Shown here: positions 1 through 9,283 of the stretch, piece by piece
Layout of the letters: every line of letters begins with the position of its first letter
Numbering within the stretch: the first letter of the stretch is position 1
Virus record (IMG/VR): IMGVR_UViG_3300024290_000003
Coordinates: 2,163-66,162 of that record
DNA from: a virus
Taxonomy: Duplodnaviria > Caudoviricetes
Strand: one strand, 5' to 3'
DNA: 64,000 nt
The notes under the pieces: generated by a model
Told to the model about the DNA's origin: nothing
Seen by the model: the letters and a program-made list of their open reading frames with translations, nothing else
Databases searched by the model: none
Translations under genes and position numbers: made by a program

Positions 1-1229
1 GCGGATTCGACGTAGTGATGGAGAATCTAACGACGGGCGGCCGCCGGACTATCGCCAACGTCTCGGCCCCGGCAGACACGACGTTTGCAAGCGCTCCATA
101 CCCGGTGCGCGTCGGGACGACAGCGTACAAAATCTGGTTTCCATCGTGGGATACCAACGGCAATCGAAACGCGATTATTCCTGGCGTTACGCCGGCTGTG
201 ACGTTCAATATCACGCGGCAACTGGGAACCTCGGCCCAGGAATACGCGGCCAACGCGACTAGCGTCGTCTGGACGACCGGGCAGTATCAGGATTCGGCAG
301 GAGGCACCGACACGCGCGTGACGGTCTCTTTCACGCCTCCGACCGATCCGGCTTTTGGTGGGGCTCGGCTAGTGGTGAAGCGCGATGATGGGAAGTTCTA
401 CGAATACGCCAAGGGACGGCTGAGTCCACTTGAATACTACATCCCAAACCCGCCGTCGTCCGTTTCTTGGACCGCCTATCTGGTATCGCAGGATACCAAT
501 GGCAACCGCAATTCGATAGTGGACGGCATTACTCCATCGGTGACGTTTACGACTGGATCGGCGACCGGAACCGGCGATCTGGCCCGTGCCAATCCGGGGA
601 CCTTCTCTTCCGAATTCCAAATCACGGGAGGCGTGTTCAAGGTAAAGAATCTCAACGCCGACACTATCGTTACCGGCAAGCTCCAAGTGGGCGGCTCTGG
701 CATGGTGAGCCAGATGAAGGTGTTCGATACCTTGGGCGGCAATATCGGATTCTGGGGCGATGACACGGCTGGAACAGGCTATGTAGGGATGTGGGCCAAG
801 CAGTGCAGAATCGGCGGTGCGAGTCCGTCGAGCGCCCCTCTGCAATGCGATACCAGTGGGAACCTGTCAATCACAGGGGGAACGATCTCGCTTGTGAGCG
901 GCACGGTAACGGTAAATGTTGACTCGACCAATTTCCTAAAAGTCACCGATACCGGCGGAAGCATTACGTTTTCCCAGATTCGCGGGATCGACATTACCAC
1001 GGGTTTTAATAGCGGCACGAACAAAGCAGTCATGACGGCTACTGGTAGCATAATCCTTACACAGGCTGGCACTAGTTCCATCCTGAACGCTACGAGCCTG
1101 CAATTCAATTTGACTCAGGTTGTGACTGGAAGGCAGACCGGGCCTGGGAATACGACCGATGTCACCGATGTGGCGACGCGGTTCAACAATCTTCTAACAG
1201 CACTTCGAACTCATGGCCTGATTACCTAG
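1..1229 (+). CDS. Tail fibre / host-specificity protein, C-terminal part (5' end probably outside window)
   Basis: Thr/Gly/Ser-rich beta protein; internal repeat SWDTNGNRNAIIPGVTPAVTF / SQDTNGNRNSIVDGITPSVTF; NLNADTIVTGKL motif; C-terminal FNNLLTALRTHGLI end typical of phage fibres. Confidence 0.65.
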   Translation, partial: GFDVVMENLTTGGRRTIANVSAPADTTFASAPYPVRVGTTAYKIWFPSWDTNGNRNAIIPGVTPAVTFNITRQLGTSAQEYAANATSVVWTTGQYQDSAGGTDTRVTVSFTPPTDPAFGGARLVVKRDDGKFYEYAKGRLSPLEYYIPNPPSSVSWTAYLVSQDTNGNRNSIVDGITPSVTFTTGSATGTGDLARANPGTFSSEFQITGGVFKVKNLNADTIVTGKLQVGGSGMVSQMKVFDTLGGNIGFWGDDTAGTGYVGMWAKQCRIGGASPSSAPLQCDTSGNLSITGGTISLVSGTVTVNVDSTNFLKVTDTGGSITFSQIRGIDITTGFNSGTNKAVMTATGSIILTQAGTSSILNATSLQFNLTQVVTGRQTGPGNTTDVTDVATRFNNLLTALRTHGLIT

Positions 1230-1635
1230 CGGCTGCGATGAACGTGGAATTACCGGATGGAATATACGGCGTGACGAGCGTGGACATGATACTGATGTCG
1301 GTCAGGTCGAATACCACTACAATAGACCCGGCATGGAAGAATCTGCGGGCCAGCCGACTATCCGCATGAACCGCTCCGTCCCGATCCTTGTATGTCAGCG
1401 TGACATCGTAGAGTTCCACAAAGGGGAACGGGCGATAAATGTATACCTCGACGTTCTGCTGGCAATCTTCGGAAGGATGGATGCTGGCGATGGCAGCGCA
1501 AACTGAAGCATCGCGGTGCAGCACGGTGACCTGCGGTTTAGGTACGGAAGGCGACACTCCGGAGCTTTCCTGCGCTCCAGCCTGAGAACAAAACAGCAGA
1601 ACAACGATTAAACCGGCCAATTTCATCATCTTCAT
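1222..1635 (-). CDS. Secreted hypothetical protein (reverse-strand moron)
   Basis: Signal peptide MKMMKLAGLIVVLLFCSQAGA; opposite strand to neighbours; upstream AGAAAGG RBS and TTGACT..CAAACT promoter-like sequence. Confidence 0.6.
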   Translation of the reverse strand: MKMMKLAGLIVVLLFCSQAGAQESSGVSPSVPKPQVTVLHRDASVCAAIASIHPSEDCQQNVEVYIYRPFPFVELYDVTLTYKDRDGAVHADSRLARRFFHAGSIVVVFDLTDISIMSTLVTPYIPSGNSTFIAAAR

Positions 1636-1706
1636 GCCTTTCTAGTGCAGTTTGCGCCTCTGTCGTATCAAAAGTCAAATTGCCGGGTACTACAAGACTG
1701 AAAACA

Positions 1707-2060
1707 ATGACAAAAGCACAAATCGACGCGCTCAACGTACTGCTGGATTCTGGACTTGATGCAGCCACTATCGGAGCGGAGGCCTCAGCTCAGGCAATTG
1801 AGAAAGCCAGACTCGCCAGCGTTTCTACGATTCCATTGCTCCCAACGCTATCCGACACCGACAAGGCAAATTTTAAGACGTGGCTGTTAGACGGAAAGGG
1901 CACGAACGATGCTCGCGGAGAAGCCCAACTCGCGGTAGATGCCCTGCTTGCTAACGATGCCCCTACTGCGGTTGCGCACGGCTTCCAACTCCTGAAGAAC
2001 GTAATATTCTTCATCTACCCAGACATCGGCGAAGCGGCACTAAAACAAATACAACAATGA
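1707..2060 (+). CDS. Hypothetical phage protein
   Basis: ORF coupled to next gene (ATGA overlap). Confidence 0.55.
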   Translation: MTKAQIDALNVLLDSGLDAATIGAEASAQAIEKARLASVSTIPLLPTLSDTDKANFKTWLLDGKGTNDARGEAQLAVDALLANDAPTAVAHGFQLLKNVIFFIYPDIGEAALKQIQQ

Positions 2061-2311
2061 GAATAACTATCGATAGACACACGCTGGCGCTGCTCCAAAA
2101 GCGAGACGCGCTGGCGAAGCGATCTTCCGAAATCGCACAAGTCGAGCAAGAGGCGCTTATGGACGTGCTCAACATGGAGCGCGAACGCGCAAATGCGAGG
2201 CCGTTCTCATCTGCCAGATGGGGATTCGACGCAACTAAAGAGGAGGCATTTCTTGAACTTGAGGAACTCCCCGCCGAAACTCCGCCGAACGCACTGGCGG
2301 CTGTGAATTAG
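2057..2311 (+). CDS. Hypothetical protein (possible fibre chaperone)
   Basis: Short helical ORF in tail operon. Confidence 0.5.
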   Translation: MRITIDRHTLALLQKRDALAKRSSEIAQVEQEALMDVLNMERERANARPFSSARWGFDATKEEAFLELEELPAETPPNALAAVN

Positions 2312-2314
2312 CGC

Positions 2315-2974
2315 ATGGCACTCTGGGCCGATCTCAATCAAGTTACCGCGAATGCCGCGTACTGGAGCAATCTGGGCGGCGGCAAGTGGGGGATCAAATA
2401 CCAATGGTTCAACGATTTCTTGAACTACCTGGACAACGGCTGGATCGCGGACCAGAATGCGGGAGGAAAAAACCTCAGCAATCTTGCGCAACTAGCCTTC
2501 AACGGTTCAGGGTTCATCAACAGTTCATTGGGCGTAGGAGTCGTGCCCACTCAACTGGGGCACTTTCGGAAGAATCAGAACACAAACACTATTGTCCTCT
2601 GCGAAAACCAGACCGCAGGCACCGCTGCTCAAGCGAATTTTAGGGCGCTAAATGATGCTGGTCGGCTTGGGCAATTCGGCGTGTTCTCTTCGGCCACGAC
2701 TCCTTATGGTGCCATCGCAGCAAACGACGCCTTCCTATATGCCACATCAAGCGTCACGCTCATGGCGGATATCGCCGGCGGTGTGGTCAAGTTCGCCTGC
2801 AATGGTAATGGAGAGTTCGGAAGGTTCGATTCAAACGGAGCCTTTCGATTGAGCGCTATCGCCATACCGGGAACTCCAGCAGCGGCGACATTCTACATTT
2901 TCATTGACTCGGCGGACAACAAGTTGAAATGCAAGGGTCCATCTGGGACCGTCACGACGCTAGGCAATCCATAG
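2315..2974 (+). CDS. Tail/fibre-associated protein
   Basis: Fibre-like segments GVGVVPTQLGHF, EFGRFDSNG and C-terminal KLKCKGPSGTVTTL. Confidence 0.55.
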   Translation: MALWADLNQVTANAAYWSNLGGGKWGIKYQWFNDFLNYLDNGWIADQNAGGKNLSNLAQLAFNGSGFINSSLGVGVVPTQLGHFRKNQNTNTIVLCENQTAGTAAQANFRALNDAGRLGQFGVFSSATTPYGAIAANDAFLYATSSVTLMADIAGGVVKFACNGNGEFGRFDSNGAFRLSAIAIPGTPAAATFYIFIDSADNKLKCKGPSGTVTTLGNP

Positions 2975-2984
2975 GGCCAAACTC

Positions 2985-4583
2985 ATGGGCTTCTTTTCGC
3001 AGTTTTTTGGTTTAGGCAAGACCGGGACAACCGACCGCACCCAGATCCCGGCGATTGCGAACTGGCAGAACCAGCAGTCACAAGGCTGGGGCAACAACGC
3101 CAATAACGCCTGGAATAAGGGCCAAGGGCTGAGCGACTGGGCCAGCGGCTACTACCAGGATCTCAGCAGAACCGGCGGTGTCGCTGGCGATCCCAACAAC
3201 AACTGGGACATGGGTCGCCAGGTGATGCCGGGTGTCCAGGATGCCATCAATAATCGCTGGAACAACCTGAATCAGATCCAGTCGAACTGGAACAACTTCT
3301 CGGGTAGCCCGTGGGGAGCGCAGGGCACTTCGGATCAGCTAAACAATGCAACCGATGCCATGGGCGGCAATATCACCGGCAATGACCAGGCGGTGAAAGG
3401 CGACATCGGTGACACGTTCGGGCGGCTGGGTACGGCCAATCAGAACACCAGCGGCGACATTCAGAAGAGCATTGCAGGTACATACGGCTCCATCGGCAAC
3501 AATCTGAACAACGATTATGGCCGGATGCTCACCGATACCAATTCGACCTATGGCGGCCTTGCGAATGCGACAGGGAGCACGTACCAGACGGCTCTGGACC
3601 GGCTCAGGATGTTGCAACCGGGCGGCGAGCTCCAGCGGGCGCAGGTATCGCGCTCCTTCGCGCCGCAAGCGGCAGCCACTGCCGACAGGCTCCGGGCCGC
3701 CGGCGTAGATCCCAACTCGCTGCAAGCGGCCGGCGTGATGAGCGGCGTGGACCGCGATCGTGCTCGTGCGATGGACGAAGCGGCGGGCCGCACGACCCAG
3801 GATTACGTCACCCAGGCCAACAACCTCGGCATCGGGCAATTGAACACGGGCATTGGCTTGGGCCAGAACCGGCTGAATACCGCTAACCAGCTTCAGGGTA
3901 CCGAGAATCAGCTATCGGCGAACTACGCACAGAACGCCGGTAACCAATCCCGTGCGGAACTGCTGCGGAGTCTCCAGAACAGTCAAGGGCTGGATCTCTC
4001 GCGGCTCGGACAGAATACCGCTGCCAGCAACAGGACGGCGGATCAGACCAATAACTACCTCCAGCAACGGATGGCGAATGCCCTCGGCTCGCGGGCGCTG
4101 GGGTTGCAAGACTATAACACCCAGACCGGGCTGTTGAACCAGCGCAACCAGGAGGAATTACTCGGACCGGCGGCGCTGTATCAGCAGTACCAAGCAGGTC
4201 AGGGGCAGAACGCCTACCGGCAGGGACAGCAGAATATCGGTGCAGCGGGCGTCGCTGGGCAGGGCGGCCAGCAGCTACAGGCTGGCTTGGGCGCAGGTGG
4301 CCTCGGGTTGGGCTACAGCAACGCAGCGGTCCAGAACTACCTTCGCAGTCTGGGGATCGAATCGCAGAACGCTGGATGGGGCAGCAAGTTAATAGGCGGT
4401 CTGCTTTCTGGCGGGTTCGGCGGCGGGTTCGGCGGCGGGTTTGGCGGCGGCACTAATCCCGGCATAACCAGCGGTAGCGGCGACTTTTCTGGAGCGCTCG
4501 GCAATGGCGACTTCAGCGGCGGTGGTGGCGGTGGCGGCATGAATATGCAGCAAATGATGCAATTGGCCGCGATGTTTGGTTGA
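2985..4583 (+). CDS. Gln/Gly/Asn-rich internal virion (DNA ejection/pilot) protein
   Basis: 532 aa low-complexity helical protein with Gly-rich hydrophobic C-terminus; first of three large ORFs after tail genes, as in podovirus ejection modules. Confidence 0.6.
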   Translation: MGFFSQFFGLGKTGTTDRTQIPAIANWQNQQSQGWGNNANNAWNKGQGLSDWASGYYQDLSRTGGVAGDPNNNWDMGRQVMPGVQDAINNRWNNLNQIQSNWNNFSGSPWGAQGTSDQLNNATDAMGGNITGNDQAVKGDIGDTFGRLGTANQNTSGDIQKSIAGTYGSIGNNLNNDYGRMLTDTNSTYGGLANATGSTYQTALDRLRMLQPGGELQRAQVSRSFAPQAAATADRLRAAGVDPNSLQAAGVMSGVDRDRARAMDEAAGRTTQDYVTQANNLGIGQLNTGIGLGQNRLNTANQLQGTENQLSANYAQNAGNQSRAELLRSLQNSQGLDLSRLGQNTAASNRTADQTNNYLQQRMANALGSRALGLQDYNTQTGLLNQRNQEELLGPAALYQQYQAGQGQNAYRQGQQNIGAAGVAGQGGQQLQAGLGAGGLGLGYSNAAVQNYLRSLGIESQNAGWGSKLIGGLLSGGFGGGFGGGFGGGTNPGITSGSGDFSGALGNGDFSGGGGGGGMNMQQMMQLAAMFG

Positions 4584-4586
4584 TCT

Positions 4587-4838
4587 ATGACACCTAATCT
4601 GAATCTCGGCGCTCTGGTTGGCAAACTCCGCAATATGAACCGGAGCGCAATCACGGCTCCCGGCAATCCGTTACCGCCGGAGGCCTCGTCTGTGCCAATA
4701 TCGACTCCCGCGCTGCCGAAGCTGCCGCGCCCGAAGCCGCTTAGCCCATCCGCGCCATTGCGTGCGGGACGGCGACCGCATGCAGTCCATCCGCTCAAGC
4801 CCAACTTTGCGAACATGCTGCGAGGATTGAACCGCTAA
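4587..4838 (+). CDS. Small basic Pro-rich protein
   Basis: Fills the gap between two large ORFs. Confidence 0.45.
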   Translation: MTPNLNLGALVGKLRNMNRSAITAPGNPLPPEASSVPISTPALPKLPRPKPLSPSAPLRAGRRPHAVHPLKPNFANMLRGLNR

Positions 4839-4849
4839 AGGAACCAACC

Positions 4850-6571
4850 ATGGGTCCAGTATCAAACTCGATGGGCGGTCTACCGCCGTGGCTGCTGGCG
4901 CTCATTCAACAGGGCATGGGCGGCGGTGGCGACTCTGGTGACGCTGGCGATGCGGGCGACGAAGGAGCGCCTGAGGAGGCTGGGGGCGGTTCGCCTTACG
5001 ATGGCGGGATCGGCAATCTTCCAAAGAAGCCGGTACCCACGACGCCGCCGTTCCTGCCGGGGCGCATTCCGGGCTTCGGGACACCACCAACGCCGATAGT
5101 ACCGGGTCCAGCTCCAGCGCCACAGCAGGCCCCTACACCCGCTCCGCAACAGGGCGGCTTGCGGTCACGCATCGGCGACATGCTCCAGAGCGGCATCGAC
5201 GCGGCGGCTACGCCCAACGTCGCTTACGGCGGGCCTGTGGATATCATGCGTGGGCTCCAGTCAGCCGATGTGCAACGACGCAACCGAGCGCTACAGCAGA
5301 TGCAGCTTGAGCGGCAACGGCAGCAGGACGAACTGGTACGCCGCAACACCGAATCGGAGATCGCAGCGCGCGGCGAGAACACGGAGACGCTTCGCCAACA
5401 GCGGGAAGCCACTGCCGCACAGAGACAGGAGCTTGCGCAACCGCGTCACGGTCAGATTCAGATTGACGCAGCCTACGCCAAAGAGAATCTGCCGTGGTTG
5501 AGGCCTGATCCCGATGGTACTTACTGGGTCAGCAAAGAAGTAGCGAACACTCTCAGCAAGCCAGAGAAGCCTGACAAAACTCCAAAACCTAGTATAGTTC
5601 CGCCAGGGGCCACGGTTGTTGATGAGAACGGTAAGGTGCTGTTTACAGCTCCGCCCAAGGATACCAAAGAACCGCCTAACGTCACCGAAGCGCAACTTGC
5701 GTGGATGGCAGAACACGATCCAGATCCGCAAGTGCGCAAGGATTCAAAGGCTGCGCTGAAAGGTCTTGCCAGCACAAAGCGCGAATCCACCGTCATTCGT
5801 GTGAACGAAGGCCAGCAAGAAAAGATATCTGAGAATCGCGCAATCAATCAGGCGTTCAATGACGCTGGCGGCGACTGGAATAAGGTTCTCGATAACGTTC
5901 GCGCTGGTAAGTATCCAGACTACGGATCGCAGATTGCCGACCATGCGCAGAAGATGGCCAAACTGCCGAGCGATTCCGCACGGCGGGTCGCATCGGCTGA
6001 CGCCACTGTGGATCAGGTCAAAGAAGCCATCGACGCCGTTAAGCGATTCACAACAGCGCACCCGGATTTGGTCGGCCCAGCGATCAATCCCACGAATCCG
6101 ATGCAGTCCCATCCACTGAATGCGCTCACGCGGCGAGCGGTAACGGCGGCTGGCGCTGAGCCTGCCGATATCGGCGAAGTGGACACTGCTCTCGAATCGG
6201 CGCTGGCGCTTCAGCCGGGGCAGCATAACTTCAGATCGCAATCGGCGCTCGACAATTTCAAGAAAGCGGCTGGAGTGGACCCGCGCACCGGGAAGGCGGA
6301 CGGCAGCCGGGGATGGTTGGTCAACCCCGACAAGGTGATTTCTGCGCTTCAAGGAATCTCCGACTTCAACCAAAAGTTGAAGAGAGACATTATCAGCACT
6401 ACTTCTGGCGGGACGCCGGCAACTGGTGGTCATCCAGCGGGCCGCAAGGCAAGTCCAGCCGCAGCGCTACCGCCCGAAGCTAAAGCGAAGTTGAAAGAAG
6501 GCGTTCACACTACGTTCGCCAACGGACAGACGTGGATGCTTCAAGGCGGTCAGCCGGTACAGGTTCAATAA
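4850..6571 (+). CDS. Internal virion / DNA ejection protein
   Basis: 573 aa; Pro/Gly N-terminus, coiled coil, IVPPGATVVDENGKVLFTAP and TTFANGQTWMLQGGQPVQV motifs typical of podovirus injection proteins. Confidence 0.6.
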   Translation: MGPVSNSMGGLPPWLLALIQQGMGGGGDSGDAGDAGDEGAPEEAGGGSPYDGGIGNLPKKPVPTTPPFLPGRIPGFGTPPTPIVPGPAPAPQQAPTPAPQQGGLRSRIGDMLQSGIDAAATPNVAYGGPVDIMRGLQSADVQRRNRALQQMQLERQRQQDELVRRNTESEIAARGENTETLRQQREATAAQRQELAQPRHGQIQIDAAYAKENLPWLRPDPDGTYWVSKEVANTLSKPEKPDKTPKPSIVPPGATVVDENGKVLFTAPPKDTKEPPNVTEAQLAWMAEHDPDPQVRKDSKAALKGLASTKRESTVIRVNEGQQEKISENRAINQAFNDAGGDWNKVLDNVRAGKYPDYGSQIADHAQKMAKLPSDSARRVASADATVDQVKEAIDAVKRFTTAHPDLVGPAINPTNPMQSHPLNALTRRAVTAAGAEPADIGEVDTALESALALQPGQHNFRSQSALDNFKKAAGVDPRTGKADGSRGWLVNPDKVISALQGISDFNQKLKRDIISTTSGGTPATGGHPAGRKASPAAALPPEAKAKLKEGVHTTFANGQTWMLQGGQPVQVQ

Positions 6572-8367
6572 TGCCATCCGCGTGGGATGTAGTAGACGAG
6601 AAGGTCGCCGATCCGTGGGGTGTTGTCGATGAAAAGCCCCTCGCGAATCCGGCCATGTTGCCGTTACCGAAAGCTGGCCAACCTCCAGCGGTAAACATGC
6701 AGGAGCAGGCAGGACCGCTGTCAAGCATGTGGCACAGTTTCACCAGTGCGGTGAATCCTGTTCCCGCTTTCAAAGAATATCTCAACCGCCCGAACGAAAA
6801 CCGGAAGCTATCCGGCGCGATGGAGGCCATCGGCAAAGCGCAGGAACAGAAGCGCGAACTTACCCCTGAAGAAAACGACGCCGTTGAGACAGGCATGAAT
6901 GCCCAAGTGAATAACCCGATGGCATACACGCCGGGGCCGTTCACGGAACCAGCGGTGCAAGCCGCGCAACAGGTCGCAACCGGAGATCCGGCTGGTGCGG
7001 TGGGTACTCTTGCTGGCGGCTATGCGCTTCCGGCCGCAATCCCCGGCATTGTGAAGGGAGCGCGTAAGATCGCCAGTGCGGTTGGTGGTACAGGCGAAGC
7101 AGTCGCTACGAGATCGCTCGGGGCCACGACGGGCGCTGGAAACGTCCCAATGAGCGAGGCGCTGAATAATCCAACGCCTGCGCTTGTGAAGCGAATGCGC
7201 CAGCCGGACGAAATGGCGGTAGTGAATGATTTCAAAGACGCCGTACAGAACGTAAAGGAATCGCGGGGCGCTGAGTATCGGCAGGCGCTGGAGAAAGTCG
7301 GCAATGAAGCTCCACCGGACATTACCCCGGAGGACGTTCAGGACAAGGCATTCCAGCAACTTGGCGAGTTCAATATCAAAGTCCGGCGCGTGCCGCCGAG
7401 ACCCGAAGTGCCAGAACTGCCGCACACCATTACTCCAGAGCAGTTGAAACAGTATCAAATTGCGGAGGCGGCGCAGAAATCCTGGGATGAGGCATTTGAG
7501 GGCAGGCAGCCGGGCGATCTACTGGATCTGGATTTCTCAAAGTCCACCATTCACAACCCTGCGGACCAAGCTCGCGTTAAGGGGATCGTGAGCGACGTTC
7601 TGAACTGGGGCAAAGACGCGAATGATTTCACGGTACTTGGGCTGGACACGTTGAAGCGGCGCATCCGTGACTTCTATTCGGATTCGAGCCAAGCACGGGC
7701 TTTGGTAAAGCGAATGGATGCGACTGTCACCGATTCATTGAACACCGTGCCTGGTTACCAGGACATGACGAAGGGATACGCGGAAGCATCCGACTTCTTG
7801 GATCAACTCGGGGAATTCTCCCTAGATGCCAAGAACCCCGGCACGGCGATCCGCAAGCTCACCTATGCGCTCAAGCAGAACAATCAGTACCGACAGGTGC
7901 TCACTGAGGCGCTGGATCAATACACCGACAAAGACCTGATGGGCCAACTAGCGGGACAGCATTTAAGCAACTGGACGCCGCGCGGTTTGGCTGCGTTCGG
8001 CGCTGGTGGGGCGCTGCTATGGAAGCTCATGAGCGGCACGATCACCCCGCACGCAGTAGTGGCGCTCTCAGTGACCTCGCCCCGGCTCATGGGCGAATTG
8101 ATGCTGGCAATGTCCAAGGTCAAGCCCGCTATCGGAGCAGCGGGCGATGCTGCGCAAGCCATAGCGCAAAAGAGTGTGCCGGCCGCTGCTGCATTCCAAG
8201 CGTCCAAGCCGCCGATGCTCCCTGTGGAAAAGCCACCCGCACTCAGCGCCAACGAAGCCGACAAGGTGTTCCCGCGCGAGCATCTGCCGGAGTTGGCGCA
8301 GCAGCGCGGCGTCACCATCGACGAACTCAAGCGCGAACTCGAAACGCTCGGCTACCAGATCAAATAG
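6571..8367 (+). CDS. Internal virion / DNA ejection protein
   Basis: TAATG coupling; Ala-rich helical; N-terminal WDVVDEK repeats; C-terminal SPRLMGE motif with hydrophobic stretch. Confidence 0.6.
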   Translation: MPSAWDVVDEKVADPWGVVDEKPLANPAMLPLPKAGQPPAVNMQEQAGPLSSMWHSFTSAVNPVPAFKEYLNRPNENRKLSGAMEAIGKAQEQKRELTPEENDAVETGMNAQVNNPMAYTPGPFTEPAVQAAQQVATGDPAGAVGTLAGGYALPAAIPGIVKGARKIASAVGGTGEAVATRSLGATTGAGNVPMSEALNNPTPALVKRMRQPDEMAVVNDFKDAVQNVKESRGAEYRQALEKVGNEAPPDITPEDVQDKAFQQLGEFNIKVRRVPPRPEVPELPHTITPEQLKQYQIAEAAQKSWDEAFEGRQPGDLLDLDFSKSTIHNPADQARVKGIVSDVLNWGKDANDFTVLGLDTLKRRIRDFYSDSSQARALVKRMDATVTDSLNTVPGYQDMTKGYAEASDFLDQLGEFSLDAKNPGTAIRKLTYALKQNNQYRQVLTEALDQYTDKDLMGQLAGQHLSNWTPRGLAAFGAGGALLWKLMSGTITPHAVVALSVTSPRLMGELMLAMSKVKPAIGAAGDAAQAIAQKSVPAAAAFQASKPPMLPVEKPPALSANEADKVFPREHLPELAQQRGVTIDELKRELETLGYQIK

Positions 8368-8370
8368 CAA

Positions 8371-8709
8371 ATGCCGCTCACGCACGGCGATATCGAGGGC
8401 TTTCTGCATTCGCAGATAGCCAAGATGGGGCACCCCGCGCATGCAGGCCGTCGCGAGGCTCTGGCACACATCGTAGAGCACAACCGCCAGCGGATGCTCC
8501 ACAAGATCACCGAAGACACCGAGCAGCACTCAAAGGAACATAACGATGCCCTCGCAGCCGCCGCCCCAGACAACGGGCCAACAGACGACAGCGCAGCCGA
8601 TTCAGCAGGGCCGCCTGAAGCGGGGAGTAGCGAAGAAGCTAAAGGCGCTCCAGCGTTGACCATCGTGATCGTCGGCCATCCAGCCGCCAAAGGGAGACTA
8701 CCGAAATGA
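8371..8709 (+). CDS. Hypothetical His-rich/acidic protein
   Basis: Coupled ORF. Confidence 0.5.
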   Translation: MPLTHGDIEGFLHSQIAKMGHPAHAGRREALAHIVEHNRQRMLHKITEDTEQHSKEHNDALAAAAPDNGPTDDSAADSAGPPEAGSSEEAKGAPALTIVIVGHPAAKGRLPK

Positions 8710-9269
8710 AGAAGATCCTGATTCTCGCCGTGTTTGCAATGGCGGCCGGATTCGCGCAAGCGCCGCTTGAGTGTTACTACGCGAACTCGAATCCATGCCA
8801 GACCATCAACGCTTTCTCGGGCGCCAACTTAACGAGTTCGTGCTACGCCAGAAGCGTCGATCCGAACTCGGGCATTCGCAAGAATACATCCGTCGCGGTC
8901 AGCGCCGCTACGAATGCCAGCCCTGTTGTCTTGACTAGCACTGGGCATGGCTTTGCGCTCGGGTCACGACCGAATGTCACGATAGCCGGCGGCACCGGGA
9001 ACTGGACAGCCATCAACGGGACATTCACGGCTACCGTTGTGGACGCTAACACATTCAGCATTCCGGTTGACTCTACGGCATTTGGCGCACTCGCCGGAAC
9101 GATCACGTTCACAACTACAGCGCCGCGCTCGACCCAAGCGGAATGGGCCGTGAAGCTATTCGCCTACGACGGTAGCGGCAATAACATCGGAGCGTTCTGG
9201 ATGAACGGGATTAGCAGCATGACGCAGAAGTGCTCCGATGCAGCCGTAGCGACCACCAACATTCAGTAA
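8706..9269 (+). CDS. Signal-peptide protein with FCCH-like beta domain
   Basis: MKKILILAVFAMAAGFAQ signal; SAATNASPVVLTSTGHGF...VDANTFSI motif of the E1-FCCH-like domain common in phage tails. Confidence 0.65.
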   Translation: MKKILILAVFAMAAGFAQAPLECYYANSNPCQTINAFSGANLTSSCYARSVDPNSGIRKNTSVAVSAATNASPVVLTSTGHGFALGSRPNVTIAGGTGNWTAINGTFTATVVDANTFSIPVDSTAFGALAGTITFTTTAPRSTQAEWAVKLFAYDGSGNNIGAFWMNGISSMTQKCSDAAVATTNIQ

Positions 9270-9283
9270 CAGGAGAAGAGTAC

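Noticed and set aside
4405-4540. GGCGGCGGGTTC tandem repeats
   Set aside because: Explained by Gly-rich coding (GGGF repeats).
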